Part shown: positions 1-10,060 of the stretch, in pieces
Position numbering within the stretch: position 1 is the stretch's first letter
How the letters are laid out: each line of letters opens with the position of its first letter
DNA from: Candidatus Latescibacterota bacterium
GTDB taxonomy: Bacteria; Latescibacterota; UBA2968; UBA8231
Reading direction: 5' to 3'
DNA: 64,000 bases
Assembly: GCA_965197905.1 (NCBI GenBank)
Contig: CBDAOB010000002.1
Location: 160,001 to 224,000, forward strand
Program-made: the position numbers and the translations under genes
The notes under the pieces: generated by a model
What the model saw: the letters and a program-made list of their open reading frames with translations, nothing else
The model's database searches: none
What the model was told of the DNA's origin: nothing

Positions 1-54
1 CATGCGGTGGCAACCCGCGATGGCAACCCGGAGCTTGGTGTTATCTTGAGCCAT
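1..54 (-). CDS. Gfo/Idh/MocA family oxidoreductase, 5' end only (runs off window)
   Basis: Reverse strand reads MAQDNTKLRVAIAGCHRM from an ATG at 54 with GAGG upstream; Rossmann-type N-terminus. Confidence 0.55.
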   Translation of the reverse strand, partial: MAQDNTKLRVAIAGCHRM

Positions 55-70
55 AGGAACCTCTGCTGTG

Positions 71-1378
71 TTACGTCGCAGTTGTCGCGGAAGCCGGGCG
101 GGACGCTTGATTCGTCGGCGCGATGGTTGGCACCTGAATCGATGCACATGGAAATACCGCAACTCTGGCGTTTGGAGGCAATTTTTCGGCGAGCATGCGG
201 ATGGGAGTATCCCAGTCGCGGAAGAGGAAGTAGTCCGAATGTTCTCGGTAGAAGTCTTCGACCGGGTAGTGCTCCGAAAAAACGAGTAACTGATCGGGCT
301 CGCCGATCCTGGGCGCGGGGAGCTCCATGGGTTCGAGCGATGCTCTCTGTTTCAAGAACCGCGCGTAGTCCATTCCGTCGTATATCCCGTGATAGCAAAT
401 CCCGTCACTGCATGGACTGATTGCAATGGCATGCGCACGATCAAAGTAGTTCCTCACCCAGAGCGATTTGCCCAATTGAATGGAATCCGCATCTAGCGGA
501 TAGGAGTTCGTCACTACCAGATCGGTTGTTCGACGTATCCCGTCTGGAATGGCGGTTCCATACGTTTCCCGGGCGAATTGTGCCCCCCTGCGATGCGCCT
601 CTACGAAATCGCCGACAAATACGCCGACGATCTCGCGCCGGCTGTTGATGACTGCGTTTACGATGACGTCCAGGCCGAGCCGTCTGGCCACTGCCTCGGC
701 GGCATCCCGAGCATCGGGCTCGCTTGCGCTGCGTTCCACGGCGCCGTGCTCCCTCGAGGGATAGTGATTGTGGAAACAAAAAATCGTCGCGAAGCCTGAG
801 ACGCCGGGCAGGATCAGCTTGGCTCCGCCACCAAAACCCACGTTTCCGTGCGGATAGATGCCGCCCAGGCAGATCTTGAAATCTGCGTCTGCAACTACGG
901 GATTGATGTAGACCGGCATGCCGTCGGAAAGATTGCCCAGGGCGCGCAGGTTCCCACTCATAAAGTCGTGATTCGTCACTTCGTATTCTGCGGCAACACC
1001 TGGTCCAACCTTTTTGGCGATCTCCCGAGCGTTTAGTGGACGGTGCGAGCCTACACCCACGACAAAGCGGATCTCGTCTTTGGCGATACCGGCTTGGGAG
1101 AGTTCCCGCAGCACAAAGGGGATCAGTTCGGCGGCGGGGGTAGGTCTGCTCAGGTCGTCGACCACGATCGCGGCGCTCTTCTTGCCGCGTGCCATCGCCG
1201 CAATGGGCGGTACGCCGATGGGGTGACCAAAGGCGGCTTCGATCTGCGCCTCCCCCATCTTCGTGGTTTCTTCCGGGGCGAGGATTGTTACCTCCCAGGA
1301 TTGTGGAAGATTCAGGGGGACTTCTCGGTCGCCGAACCAGGCACCCGAGCGCACAGTTACACTTTCGTTCGATGACAT
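71..1378 (-). CDS. Lactate racemase LarA-family (nickel pincer-dependent) protein
   Basis: Motifs DDLSRPTP, GVGSHR, HGNVGFGGGAKLILPG; start placed at MSSNES (AGGAG SD upstream). Confidence 0.8.
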   Translation of the reverse strand: MSSNESVTVRSGAWFGDREVPLNLPQSWEVTILAPEETTKMGEAQIEAAFGHPIGVPPIAAMARGKKSAAIVVDDLSRPTPAAELIPFVLRELSQAGIAKDEIRFVVGVGSHRPLNAREIAKKVGPGVAAEYEVTNHDFMSGNLRALGNLSDGMPVYINPVVADADFKICLGGIYPHGNVGFGGGAKLILPGVSGFATIFCFHNHYPSREHGAVERSASEPDARDAAEAVARRLGLDVIVNAVINSRREIVGVFVGDFVEAHRRGAQFARETYGTAIPDGIRRTTDLVVTNSYPLDADSIQLGKSLWVRNYFDRAHAIAISPCSDGICYHGIYDGMDYARFLKQRASLEPMELPAPRIGEPDQLLVFSEHYPVEDFYREHSDYFLFRDWDTPIRMLAEKLPPNARVAVFPCASIQVPTIAPTNQASRPASATTAT

Positions 1379-1448
1379 CGATTCTCCTGGATTGATGTGC
1401 GGCACCGCTCACAACGACGACTAACGACCCCAGCTTTGCGGTCCCAGC

Positions 1449-1476
1449 CTTGACCCGACCATAGATAATGGTATTT
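1449..1476 (+). promoter_or_regulatory. Recurrent upstream motif, copy 1
   Basis: CTTGACCCGAC-CATA-GATAA-TGG-TATTT, upstream of the gene at 1557. Confidence 0.5.
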
Positions 1477-1556
1477 GTCCCTGCTAAACGCCACCGGTGA
1501 AAGTCACACTGCTCAACACACCCTACATCGCCTTGCGATGACCATGGAGGTTGAAA

Positions 1557-2957
1557 ATGGATGGCCAACAGCAGGATATCATGACACGCGGTAGCTACTT
1601 TCCCGGTGATTGGGTGCGCCCCCGGTTCAATCCCGGTACCTGGATGGCGATGGTGGACGTGATGGAGATCTTTCCGGGACATCGCAGCATTACCCGTGAG
1701 GGAAGCTACGAGCTGTTTGACGCACCTATCGGAGTAAACCTCCGGGTGGAAGAGCTGCAGAGGTGCGAACCGATTCTGAATCCCGGAAAAGACTGGGGCG
1801 CGGAGGGTTTCGAAGATCCGTCAGCGCCGCCCGCTGAGCGCTACAAGGCGATGGACGCCAGGGGATTCTGGCTCGACCGCGAAACCGGCGAGGAGGTGGA
1901 CCCCGACGAGGCGGATAAATGCTGGCGCGCCGAACAGTACGAGGGGCCGGCCTATGCAGGCCGCAAAGTGGTTCTCAAGGGTCAGATGCTGGGCCGGACC
2001 TCGCCGGATCGGGTTAACTGGACCAAGATCGATGAACCCCTCGCCAACTACTCTGTCAACGGCGGCATTTCCCCTGGGTACGACGCGCACAACAAAACCT
2101 ATTTCGCCTTCCTCCAACCCCAGGGTTGTGCCCCCACAGACCCCCAAAGCGTCGGCACCAGCATACCCGAGACCGAGGTCGTGCGGCGCGCCGTGGGGTT
2201 GGCGCGGACCAAAGACTTCCGTCACTGGCCCGCGCCCAAGCTCTTGCTCCATCCCGATGCACAGGACCCCCTCGACATCTCATTTTATGGTACCTGCTAC
2301 TTTCCCTATCCAGGCCGGCTGGATCTTCACGTGATAATCCTTCCGGTTTTCCACATGGTAACCGATCACGTGGACTTGCAGATCGCTTTCAGTCGCGACT
2401 GTGTAGTGTGGACGCGTCCCGAACGCCGGGCCATCCTCAGCGTGGGTGCACGGGGCAGCGGGGACGAGGGCCAGCTCTACCCTTGCGCTCCTCCGGTGGA
2501 GCTTCCCGACGGCTATTGGGCCCTGCAGTACATGTCGCGCTCAACCACACACACGGTGGCCGAGAAGTACAAGCAGGCTCTTTTCCCGGAGATGGGGCCG
2601 GAGCAGAAGAATTGGGCGCGCTGGTCCGCGCATCGGTTGTGCGGCGTCGAAGCCGAGAGCGAAGGAAGATTCACCATCGCCACGGTGTTTCGCCAGGAGA
2701 AGGAGCTACGCCTGAACTATCGCTGCGCGCCCGGTGGCTGGATCAGCGTAGAGTTGCTGCGGGCTATACCTTCCAAGAATTGCCCGGATGTGGATCCTCT
2801 CGAGGGTTTCACCTTCGCGACGTGCGACCGCCTGGCGGGAGATGAAGTGGACCAGGTCGTCACCTGGCAGGGGAATAGCGATATCTCCAGTGTCGGTGAG
2901 ATGGTTGCCATTCGCGTGAAGATGTTCCAGGCGAAGCTGTTCGCGTACCGGCTCTAG
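1557..2957 (+). CDS. Uncharacterised beta-propeller (GH32-like fold) family protein with apparent in-frame internal deletion
   Basis: Paralog of 19208..20770 (DPSAPPAERYKA, QIAFSRD..W.RPERR, HRLCGVEAESEGRFT, AKLFAY); lacks ~60-70 aa present in paralogs; GGAGG SD. Confidence 0.7.
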   Translation: MDGQQQDIMTRGSYFPGDWVRPRFNPGTWMAMVDVMEIFPGHRSITREGSYELFDAPIGVNLRVEELQRCEPILNPGKDWGAEGFEDPSAPPAERYKAMDARGFWLDRETGEEVDPDEADKCWRAEQYEGPAYAGRKVVLKGQMLGRTSPDRVNWTKIDEPLANYSVNGGISPGYDAHNKTYFAFLQPQGCAPTDPQSVGTSIPETEVVRRAVGLARTKDFRHWPAPKLLLHPDAQDPLDISFYGTCYFPYPGRLDLHVIILPVFHMVTDHVDLQIAFSRDCVVWTRPERRAILSVGARGSGDEGQLYPCAPPVELPDGYWALQYMSRSTTHTVAEKYKQALFPEMGPEQKNWARWSAHRLCGVEAESEGRFTIATVFRQEKELRLNYRCAPGGWISVELLRAIPSKNCPDVDPLEGFTFATCDRLAGDEVDQVVTWQGNSDISSVGEMVAIRVKMFQAKLFAYRL

Positions 2958-3000
2958 ACCCGTATCACGCGCCGGGGATTCAGAGGCGTTGACAACGGAG

Positions 3001-4800
3001 TTAACCCGAAGAGGCTTCGCGCAGCTTCGCGTGCAGGCGCAGACAGATCGCCGCCGTGAAGCCGTACTCATACGCCCCGAGGCCGGCTCCGGTCTGCGAA
3101 TCGAAGTGTTCGCGCAGGTCGCCATCGGCGATCAAGATGGCGTACAACCGCTCCCGGGCGGTATACGCCTCGTCGCGGTAGTTGAGCTTGTCCAACACCC
3201 TGATCATCAGGTAGGCCACGTTGATCCAGGTAGGTCCCCGCCACCATTGGTCCGCTGCGTAACTCGGTTCATCGTAAGCGACCACCGGAAACGGGACGGC
3301 ACCGAAGAAGTGGTCCGGGTTCAGCAGGTACTCCTCGATCGTCCGTCGCCCCCGATCTTCCGCCAACGGTACTCCGGCTAGCAGTGGCAGGAAGCAGGCG
3401 GGAGTTTTGATACGCACGGGCTCGCCAGTCTCCACGTTGACGTCCAGGAAGAGCCCCGATTCCTCGTCGTATAGCAGATCCACCATGCGAGCTGCGTAGG
3501 CGTCGGCTTGAGCGCTCAGCGCCGCGGCGGTAGCGTCGTCGCCACCCATACGGGCAAAATCGGCGCAGATCCGCATCTGCAAGAGCAGATAACTGTTCAG
3601 GTCGCAGGCGATGATCGCACCCTGGTCAAAGCGGGGGGTGTTGTCCCATCCCACTTCCATGCCGTTGACTGCGGCGGGCAGACCGAGGCGGGTCATGCGT
3701 TGAGCAAGCCACCAGTCGGTATTGCGCCGCAGCGCAGGTAGCAGCCGTGCCGCCAGCTCTTCGTCGCCCGATTCTCGAACGATTTGGTGACCCGCCCAAC
3801 CGAGCAGAGGTGGCTGCGACTGACCGGGGTGGACCCAGGTTGAACATATAAAGGCATGCAGCTTGCCGTCGGTCCGCTGATTGTCCGTGAAGACGAGCAA
3901 ACTGTCCTCCGCCAATTGCGCATTGAACTGCGCCACCCCAAGGCTCTGGAAACAACTGTCCCACAAATAGGCGCAGGGGTATCTGCCTCTGCTGGGGAAA
4001 CCGGAGATCCGTCCCTGCAAGAGCCCAGGGCAGGCGGCGCTGTTACCCAGCAGAGTGTATATCGCCCGTGCCAGCACCGCCGCTTCCGCATCGGCGGCGG
4101 CGCGGATGTCGAATGAACCTGTGGCCCCCGCCCACCAGGTCAGCGTGCGCTTCCGCGCCTCTTCCGCCGAGTTGCTCCCGTCTCGCAGGCGGGAGATGAT
4201 CTCGTCGTGCCCCACCTCGAGCATGCGCACAGAAAAGAGCAAGACGATTCGGCTTTCATTATCGGCCAGAACCTTCACCGCATCGGGCGTGGGAAGCGCT
4301 GCCATCGCGCCCTCAACGACCCGTATTCCGATGACAAATGGGAATGTTTCATCGTGGTCACGCGGATCCAACGTGGGCAGGTAGCCGTCGATGATGGCGA
4401 TTCCGCCCTCTAACTGCCGGCAGCGCCGTTCGGTGAATCCTTCATGGACGGCGGGATTGAACTCGAGCGCGGACAGGCCGGCGCAGTCCACGATGAAGGT
4501 GTTGTGGCCGCAATACGCAATCTGCGCTTCCCCCTCGCGAAACCTCTGCTGGATGCCGATCGCCGTATTCTGGTGCTGTTCCACCGGTTCGGGCATGGCG
4601 AGAAACGGCTCTAGAAAGACGGTCATTCGGCGATTGTAGTGCAGGTAGAGGCAAGCGATACCACCCTCGTCATTCACGCCCAGACCGACATCGGAGTAAA
4701 ACGGACTGAAGGAACGGTCGCCACCAGAGAAGTCGAGCCGGTTTCCCAAGACATCGACCAGGCGCTCGACGGGCGCGCGGGAACCTGATCGATCACTCAC
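3001..4800 (-). CDS. GH63/MGH1-like (alpha/alpha)6 glycoside hydrolase (trehalase/glucosylglycerate hydrolase-like)
   Basis: YLWDSCF, SQPPLL, GWDNTPRFD, WWRGPTWIN, REHFD motifs. Confidence 0.8.
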   Translation of the reverse strand: MSDRSGSRAPVERLVDVLGNRLDFSGGDRSFSPFYSDVGLGVNDEGGIACLYLHYNRRMTVFLEPFLAMPEPVEQHQNTAIGIQQRFREGEAQIAYCGHNTFIVDCAGLSALEFNPAVHEGFTERRCRQLEGGIAIIDGYLPTLDPRDHDETFPFVIGIRVVEGAMAALPTPDAVKVLADNESRIVLLFSVRMLEVGHDEIISRLRDGSNSAEEARKRTLTWWAGATGSFDIRAAADAEAAVLARAIYTLLGNSAACPGLLQGRISGFPSRGRYPCAYLWDSCFQSLGVAQFNAQLAEDSLLVFTDNQRTDGKLHAFICSTWVHPGQSQPPLLGWAGHQIVRESGDEELAARLLPALRRNTDWWLAQRMTRLGLPAAVNGMEVGWDNTPRFDQGAIIACDLNSYLLLQMRICADFARMGGDDATAAALSAQADAYAARMVDLLYDEESGLFLDVNVETGEPVRIKTPACFLPLLAGVPLAEDRGRRTIEEYLLNPDHFFGAVPFPVVAYDEPSYAADQWWRGPTWINVAYLMIRVLDKLNYRDEAYTARERLYAILIADGDLREHFDSQTGAGLGAYEYGFTAAICLRLHAKLREASSG

Positions 4801-4827
4801 GGCGAAATTGGTCTCCCAGCATTGTTG

Positions 4828-5898
4828 TCAGTTCAAACCCAGTTCCCTGCGCACCAGGTCCGCCCCGGCGGCAAGGGCACAGAGCTTGCGGAAGGCGACC
4901 TCTCGAGGCAGGAACCACATGCCACAGTCCGGCGCCAGGTTCAATCGTTCGGGTGGAATCAGCTCGAGAATGGCGCGAATGCGGCCGGCGATGTAGTTGG
5001 GCTCCTCGATTTCGGATGAACTCAAGTCGAGCAAACCGACAATAACCGTCTTGTCGCCGCAATGGCGCAACAGCTCCGGTTCGTGCCCGGGCTGCTCGTA
5101 CTCCAGGCAGATCTGATCGGCGCGGGACGCGGCAATTGCTTCGAGTGCTCTACCGTAGTTGGGATCGACTTTCTTAGCGCCTATGGTCGCGTAACCGTAG
5201 CAAATATGCACAACCGTCGTCGTCTCGATTCCATCGAGCGCTCGATCCAGCGCCTGGGCACCCCAAGCAACCGCCTGATCGTGACGAAAGTGGAAGTCCG
5301 GTTCATCCAACTGAAGCAGATCGACGCCTTCCTCTTGGAGCGCCAGGAGTTCGCTGTTGAGCGTCCCGGCGATAGCCATTCCGAGCGCGGCTTCGTCGGG
5401 ATAATACTCGTTGGACAGCCGGCACGCAGAGGTAAGAGGTCCGATCACGGTCATTTTTGTCGGACGGTTGGCGTAACGCTTGAGGAAGCGGAGGTCTGCA
5501 AGGGTAATTGGCTCGGAACACGACACCTCACCCACGACTCTCGGCGCCTTTGCTTTTTCGAGCCGCTTTTCAATCTCGGGATCGAGATCGACAAAGCTCA
5601 TGTCTCTGTCCTCCATCGACCACGCGCCCAAATGTTTTGTGTCCAAGCCGTCGAATCGACGGAAGAAATATGCATCGAACCGTTGTCGCCGCTGTTCGCC
5701 GTCGGTCACTACGTCCAAGCCGGCACGTTCCTGGTCGGCGATGGCCAGCAAAGTGGCGTCGTCTTGAGCTTCGGTAAGCACCTCCGCCTCTGGCCGCCAA
5801 TAGTCGTCATCGTAGGGGGTGGTTACCCGTTGGTGGCGGATCAACCAGTTCGGTTTCGTGTAGCTGCCGACAAGCTGGGTAGTGAGGGTAGGTGTCAT
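4828..5898 (-). CDS. Cobalamin-independent methionine synthase II family protein (single barrel)
   Basis: VGSYTKP, TDGEQRR, QLDEP, Zn ligands VHICYG and PDCG. Confidence 0.85.
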   Translation of the reverse strand: MTPTLTTQLVGSYTKPNWLIRHQRVTTPYDDDYWRPEAEVLTEAQDDATLLAIADQERAGLDVVTDGEQRRQRFDAYFFRRFDGLDTKHLGAWSMEDRDMSFVDLDPEIEKRLEKAKAPRVVGEVSCSEPITLADLRFLKRYANRPTKMTVIGPLTSACRLSNEYYPDEAALGMAIAGTLNSELLALQEEGVDLLQLDEPDFHFRHDQAVAWGAQALDRALDGIETTTVVHICYGYATIGAKKVDPNYGRALEAIAASRADQICLEYEQPGHEPELLRHCGDKTVIVGLLDLSSSEIEEPNYIAGRIRAILELIPPERLNLAPDCGMWFLPREVAFRKLCALAAGADLVRRELGLN

Positions 5899-6057
5899 AG
5901 ATGCCAAGATGGAAGGACGTAACAAGTGGTCGAGCGGCCAATGCTAAGTAGATCGGCCTTGATGTCAACCATTTCCGTCGGAGAACCGGCATCAAAGGGT
6001 GGGTTGACAACGGGGGGTTGTGTCACTCGTTTCTATGACATCAAAAAAGAAGGGCTC

Positions 6058-7506
6058 ATGAAAACCATTTTCATTCTCATGGATTCCTTGAATCGGCACT
6101 ACCTCAGTGCCTACGGGGATTCCCGGGTCCAGACCCCCAACATCGACCGTCTCGCCCAACGTGGAGTCGTATTCGACAACCATTACTGTTGTTCGATGCC
6201 ATGTATGCCGGCCCGGCGGGACCTGTTTACGGGACGAGCAAGCTTCCTTGAAAACCCCTGGGGGCCGATCCAACCGTGGGATGATTGTTTACAACCAGAG
6301 CTGCGTCGACAGACGGGCACCTACAGCCATCTTATTACCGATCACTTCCATTACTTCCGCACCGGTGGCGAAGGGTATCACACCTGCTTCGATACCTGGG
6401 AGTACCTGCGGGGTCAATGCTGGGATCCATGGCGCCCGCTCGTAGGAGAGCCGGAGGTCCCTGTCTACCGGGGAAGAAACCGACGGACGTATTGGGCCAA
6501 CCGGGAATTCTTCGACAGCGAAAAGGACGAAGAGTACACCACGCCCCAGTGTTTCGTGAGGGCGCTGGATTTTCTCGACCACAACTACGAGCAGGATAAC
6601 TGGCACCTGCACCTTGAGGTGTTCGACCCGCACGAGCCTTTTATCTGCCCGCGGAAGTATCTGGATCAGTACAACGACACGTGGGACGACCGGTATTATT
6701 TCGATTGGCCTGAGTACGAGCCGGTATCTGAGGAACCGGAAGCGGTGGGACACATCCGCAAGCGGTATGCCGGCACCTTGTCCATGGCCGATCACTGGTT
6801 GGGCAAGCTCCTGGATAAAATGGACAGGCTAGACCTTTGGAAAGACACCACCCTAGTGCTGACCACTGACCACGGCCATCTCCTGGGCGAGCACGGATAT
6901 TGGGCCAAAAACTACATGTTCGATTACCAGGAACTCGCGCACATTCCACTGATTGTCTGCCAGCCCGGGACCAAGAGCAAGCGGGTCGATGCTCTGACTT
7001 CTACCATCGACCTGATGCCGACGCTCATGGAATTACACGGAGCCGCGCCACCCGCGCCCGTGCACGGCAGATCCGTCAGTCCGCTGCTGGATAGCCAGGC
7101 GGAGCACCATGAAGCGGTTCTCTTTGGTTATTTCGGCAAGGATATCAATTTGACGGACGGACAATACACCTATTGCCGGCAAGCAAAATCGGGCTCTTTC
7201 CTCTATCACCACACGGCGGTACCGACCGGCTCCCGTGGTTGGCTCGATCGCGAATCGCTGGCCCAAGCCGAGTATGGGGTGTTCCTGAAACAGGCCAGCG
7301 ACGTTCCGCATATACGGCTCAAAACGCCCTCTCATCGGCACCACAATGCTCCTGACTTCAACCCGATCTACGATGTGAGAGCCGATCCGCATCAGCAGCA
7401 GGTGATCCGCGATCCCGATCTGGAACGCCAGCTTGAGAGCAAAATGAAGGAATTGTTGATCGATTTCGACGCGCCGACCTGTCAGTACTACCGCATGGGA
7501 TTGTAA
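6058..7506 (+). CDS. Sulfatase (formylglycine-dependent)
   Basis: ILMDSLNRH, CMPARR (CxPxR), FDPHEPF, TTDHG. Confidence 0.9.
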   Translation: MKTIFILMDSLNRHYLSAYGDSRVQTPNIDRLAQRGVVFDNHYCCSMPCMPARRDLFTGRASFLENPWGPIQPWDDCLQPELRRQTGTYSHLITDHFHYFRTGGEGYHTCFDTWEYLRGQCWDPWRPLVGEPEVPVYRGRNRRTYWANREFFDSEKDEEYTTPQCFVRALDFLDHNYEQDNWHLHLEVFDPHEPFICPRKYLDQYNDTWDDRYYFDWPEYEPVSEEPEAVGHIRKRYAGTLSMADHWLGKLLDKMDRLDLWKDTTLVLTTDHGHLLGEHGYWAKNYMFDYQELAHIPLIVCQPGTKSKRVDALTSTIDLMPTLMELHGAAPPAPVHGRSVSPLLDSQAEHHEAVLFGYFGKDINLTDGQYTYCRQAKSGSFLYHHTAVPTGSRGWLDRESLAQAEYGVFLKQASDVPHIRLKTPSHRHHNAPDFNPIYDVRADPHQQQVIRDPDLERQLESKMKELLIDFDAPTCQYYRMGL

Positions 7507-7519
7507 CCTGAAACAGACC

Positions 7520-9016
7520 ATGGATCTGCAGCTAATCGAACCTCACAAACACCGTCAGCTGTTCGTGGACGACGCCGCGTTGGAAACGGGGGCCGGCGCA
7601 CAAAACCACGGTTGGACGCGGACCATGCATCCACCCAAGAAGTGCGGCCCCGTCATTCGTCCTGATCTATCCCGCGGTCAACGGTCGCTGCAAAGCCGCA
7701 GCGCGCCGCAATGGAATCCCGAAAAGGGAGTCTGGGAATGGTGGTATTTCGGCGAGCACGTCTACTACGCAACCTCGACCGACGGTGAGAACTGGGATCG
7801 CCCATCCCTAGGGCGTTACGAGTGGGAGGGTTCGAAAGAGAACAACATCGCGGACGATCCCGATAGCGGCGAAACCCGGCGATTGACCCACGTGCTTCGC
7901 GACGAAGCCGAAGATAGTCCGCAGCGACGCTACAAAGCGCTCTTTACCCGCAGGGCGGTCATCAATGCCAGTAGCCGCTTCCTGGCAACGTCCCCGGACG
8001 GGTTCGACTGGACCATTCTGGATCGCCCTCCGATACCCAGCAGCGACGAATGCCACTTCACTTACGACGAGTTCGGCCAGCAGTACCTGGCGCTCGTTAA
8101 GCACGGCACCGAATGGGGGCGCTCGGTTTTTCTTTCCACCAGCAAAGACTTCGAGCAGTTCACTGAACCACAGCTCATCTTTCATTCCGACGAGCTCGAC
8201 CGAGCGAACTGCCGGCGACGCGTACGCGAAGTGATCGAAGACCCCGACTATATTACACCGCCCATCGTCGACGATGTGGACTACATAGCCGAAGTCTACC
8301 AAATGGCCGTCATGCCGTACGAGGGATGTTATTTCGGGTTCCCCGGTCTGTTCAATCCGTTCGGAGCCATCGCCCCACCCACCAAGAACTTCACTCGCAT
8401 CAACCAGGTGGAGCTGGCGTTTTCCCGCGACCTCCACAACTGGGATCGGCTCGGGGATCGACAGGTGTTTGTCGGCCTCGACCGGTGGGACGGCGAAAAC
8501 TACGGCACGAGCCAGATCCTGTTGACCGGCCGTCCGGTTGTACGCCCCGATCTTGGTGAGATCTGGGTTTATTACAACGCCCTGCGCATGCCGGGGAACC
8601 GGGAACAATACCAGCAGCTGGACCGCAACCGGGAACTCTTCAGACTCAATGTGGATCCGGAGCTCTTCGAGGACGCGGGCGCCCTGTCGTTGGCAAAGCT
8701 CCGCCTGGACGGTTTTGTCTCGCTCGACGGCGGTGAGTCGGCGACCATCACCACCAAACCGTTCATGCTAAGAGGTGAAGAGGTATACATCAACGTCGAC
8801 GCCAAATGGGGGACGATCTTTGCCGAGATCGTCGATGGGGAAACCATGAAACGCTTCCCTGGCTTCACCGTCATTGGCGAACCAATCAGCGGCGATCACA
8901 GGCGCGCGAAGATAATTTGGCAGGGAGAGCACGACCGGGTCTTCGAGCGGCCGGTTCGCATCATCTTCGACCTGCACCAGACGCGCCTCTACTCCTTCTG
9001 GCTACAGAAGGAATGA
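7520..9016 (+). CDS. Uncharacterised Asp-box beta-propeller (GH32-like fold) family protein
   Basis: HRQLFVDD, STDGENW, RRYKA, SPDGFDW, SRDLHNW, RLDGFVSLD, RLYSFW. Confidence 0.75.
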   Translation: MDLQLIEPHKHRQLFVDDAALETGAGAQNHGWTRTMHPPKKCGPVIRPDLSRGQRSLQSRSAPQWNPEKGVWEWWYFGEHVYYATSTDGENWDRPSLGRYEWEGSKENNIADDPDSGETRRLTHVLRDEAEDSPQRRYKALFTRRAVINASSRFLATSPDGFDWTILDRPPIPSSDECHFTYDEFGQQYLALVKHGTEWGRSVFLSTSKDFEQFTEPQLIFHSDELDRANCRRRVREVIEDPDYITPPIVDDVDYIAEVYQMAVMPYEGCYFGFPGLFNPFGAIAPPTKNFTRINQVELAFSRDLHNWDRLGDRQVFVGLDRWDGENYGTSQILLTGRPVVRPDLGEIWVYYNALRMPGNREQYQQLDRNRELFRLNVDPELFEDAGALSLAKLRLDGFVSLDGGESATITTKPFMLRGEEVYINVDAKWGTIFAEIVDGETMKRFPGFTVIGEPISGDHRRAKIIWQGEHDRVFERPVRIIFDLHQTRLYSFWLQKE

Positions 9017-9056
9017 GGCCACGCGGGGGTCGAGGATGCCGCGGCTCGACACCCTG

Positions 9057-9084
9057 CTTGCACCGACGATCGATAACACGGTTT
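9057..9084 (+). promoter_or_regulatory. Recurrent upstream motif, copy 2
   Basis: CTTGCACCGAC-GATC-GATAA-CAC-GGTTT, upstream of the gene at 9173. Confidence 0.45.
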
Positions 9085-9172
9085 TTCACTTGAACGTCCG
9101 ATCACAAGCGGCTCTTTGCGCGACTGGCGACCGGCGTTCTAGGAGCAGCCCGACACGACTGGAGACCCCGAT

Positions 9173-9997
9173 ATGTCGACCGCCTCAACTCATTCCCGGT
9201 CTGAGCAAGCAGACCCTCCGGCTGAAATATTCGAACGGGACGGTTTCTTCATTCCGCCAGACCCAGTCATCCCGACGGAGCTCGTCGACAGGGCGGTCAG
9301 CCACATGGACGACGTGATGAACTGCGAATACGAAACCGGCGTTCCGCCCGGAGGCCGGAAATGGAATCCGGGTGATGATGAGCGCGTAATCCGCAAGATT
9401 GATCAACCCCATCTCTGCGACCGCACGATCATGGAGCTGTTTACCTATCCAGCCATCGGCCAATGGGCGGCGCTCCTGACCGGAGCCAAGATGATCCAGC
9501 TTTGGGCATCGCAGCTGTTGTACAAACCATCGGGAGGTGATGTGTCGGGGAATGTTGGCTGGCATCAGGACAAGCAGTACTGGACGTTTTGGCAGGATGG
9601 TGAGGTTTTTACGGCATGGATCGCGCTCAGCGACGTAACCGCAGAGAATGGAGCGATGCGGTTTGTGCGCGGCTCCCACTCCTGGGGCGGCGTCATAGAA
9701 GGTGGCGATTTTTACGGATCAGACCACCAAGCGCAGCGCGAGGCGATCACCGTTCCTCCGGGGAAGGTGTGGGAGGAAGTTCCGGCGTTGCTGCCACCCG
9801 GCGGCGTCAGCTTCCACCATCGGCATACCTTTCACGGCAGCGGACCCAATCGGGCGCCCTGGCCCCGCCGGAGCTTTGCTCTTCATCTCCGCACGGAAAA
9901 CACGGCGTCCATGCCTGGTATCGACAAGGACGTTTATACGATGAAGCTGGACGAACCTGACGTCTGTCCCATTTTGTATCAATCAGTCGATTCCTAG
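9173..9997 (+). CDS. Phytanoyl-CoA dioxygenase (PhyH) family protein
   Basis: FERDGF, WHQD, WIALSD, GAMRFVRGSH, HGSGPN. Confidence 0.9.
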   Translation: MSTASTHSRSEQADPPAEIFERDGFFIPPDPVIPTELVDRAVSHMDDVMNCEYETGVPPGGRKWNPGDDERVIRKIDQPHLCDRTIMELFTYPAIGQWAALLTGAKMIQLWASQLLYKPSGGDVSGNVGWHQDKQYWTFWQDGEVFTAWIALSDVTAENGAMRFVRGSHSWGGVIEGGDFYGSDHQAQREAITVPPGKVWEEVPALLPPGGVSFHHRHTFHGSGPNRAPWPRRSFALHLRTENTASMPGIDKDVYTMKLDEPDVCPILYQSVDS

Positions 9998-10060
9998 AAT
10001 TTCTGCGAGTCGAATCATTCGATGTTCCCGCAGGCGTAGATAGAGAGAGGTAGCCACAGG

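Noticed and set aside
441..1682. 413-aa alternative-frame ORF and similar long shadow ORFs (14312..15361, 18798..19967, 54306..55199)
   Set aside because: Overlap genes with clear family motifs; Arg/Pro-rich or antisense shadows expected in GC-rich DNA.
5899..6057. SAM or cobalamin riboswitch upstream of the methionine synthase II-like gene
   Set aside because: Short divergent gap with no recognisable aptamer consensus.
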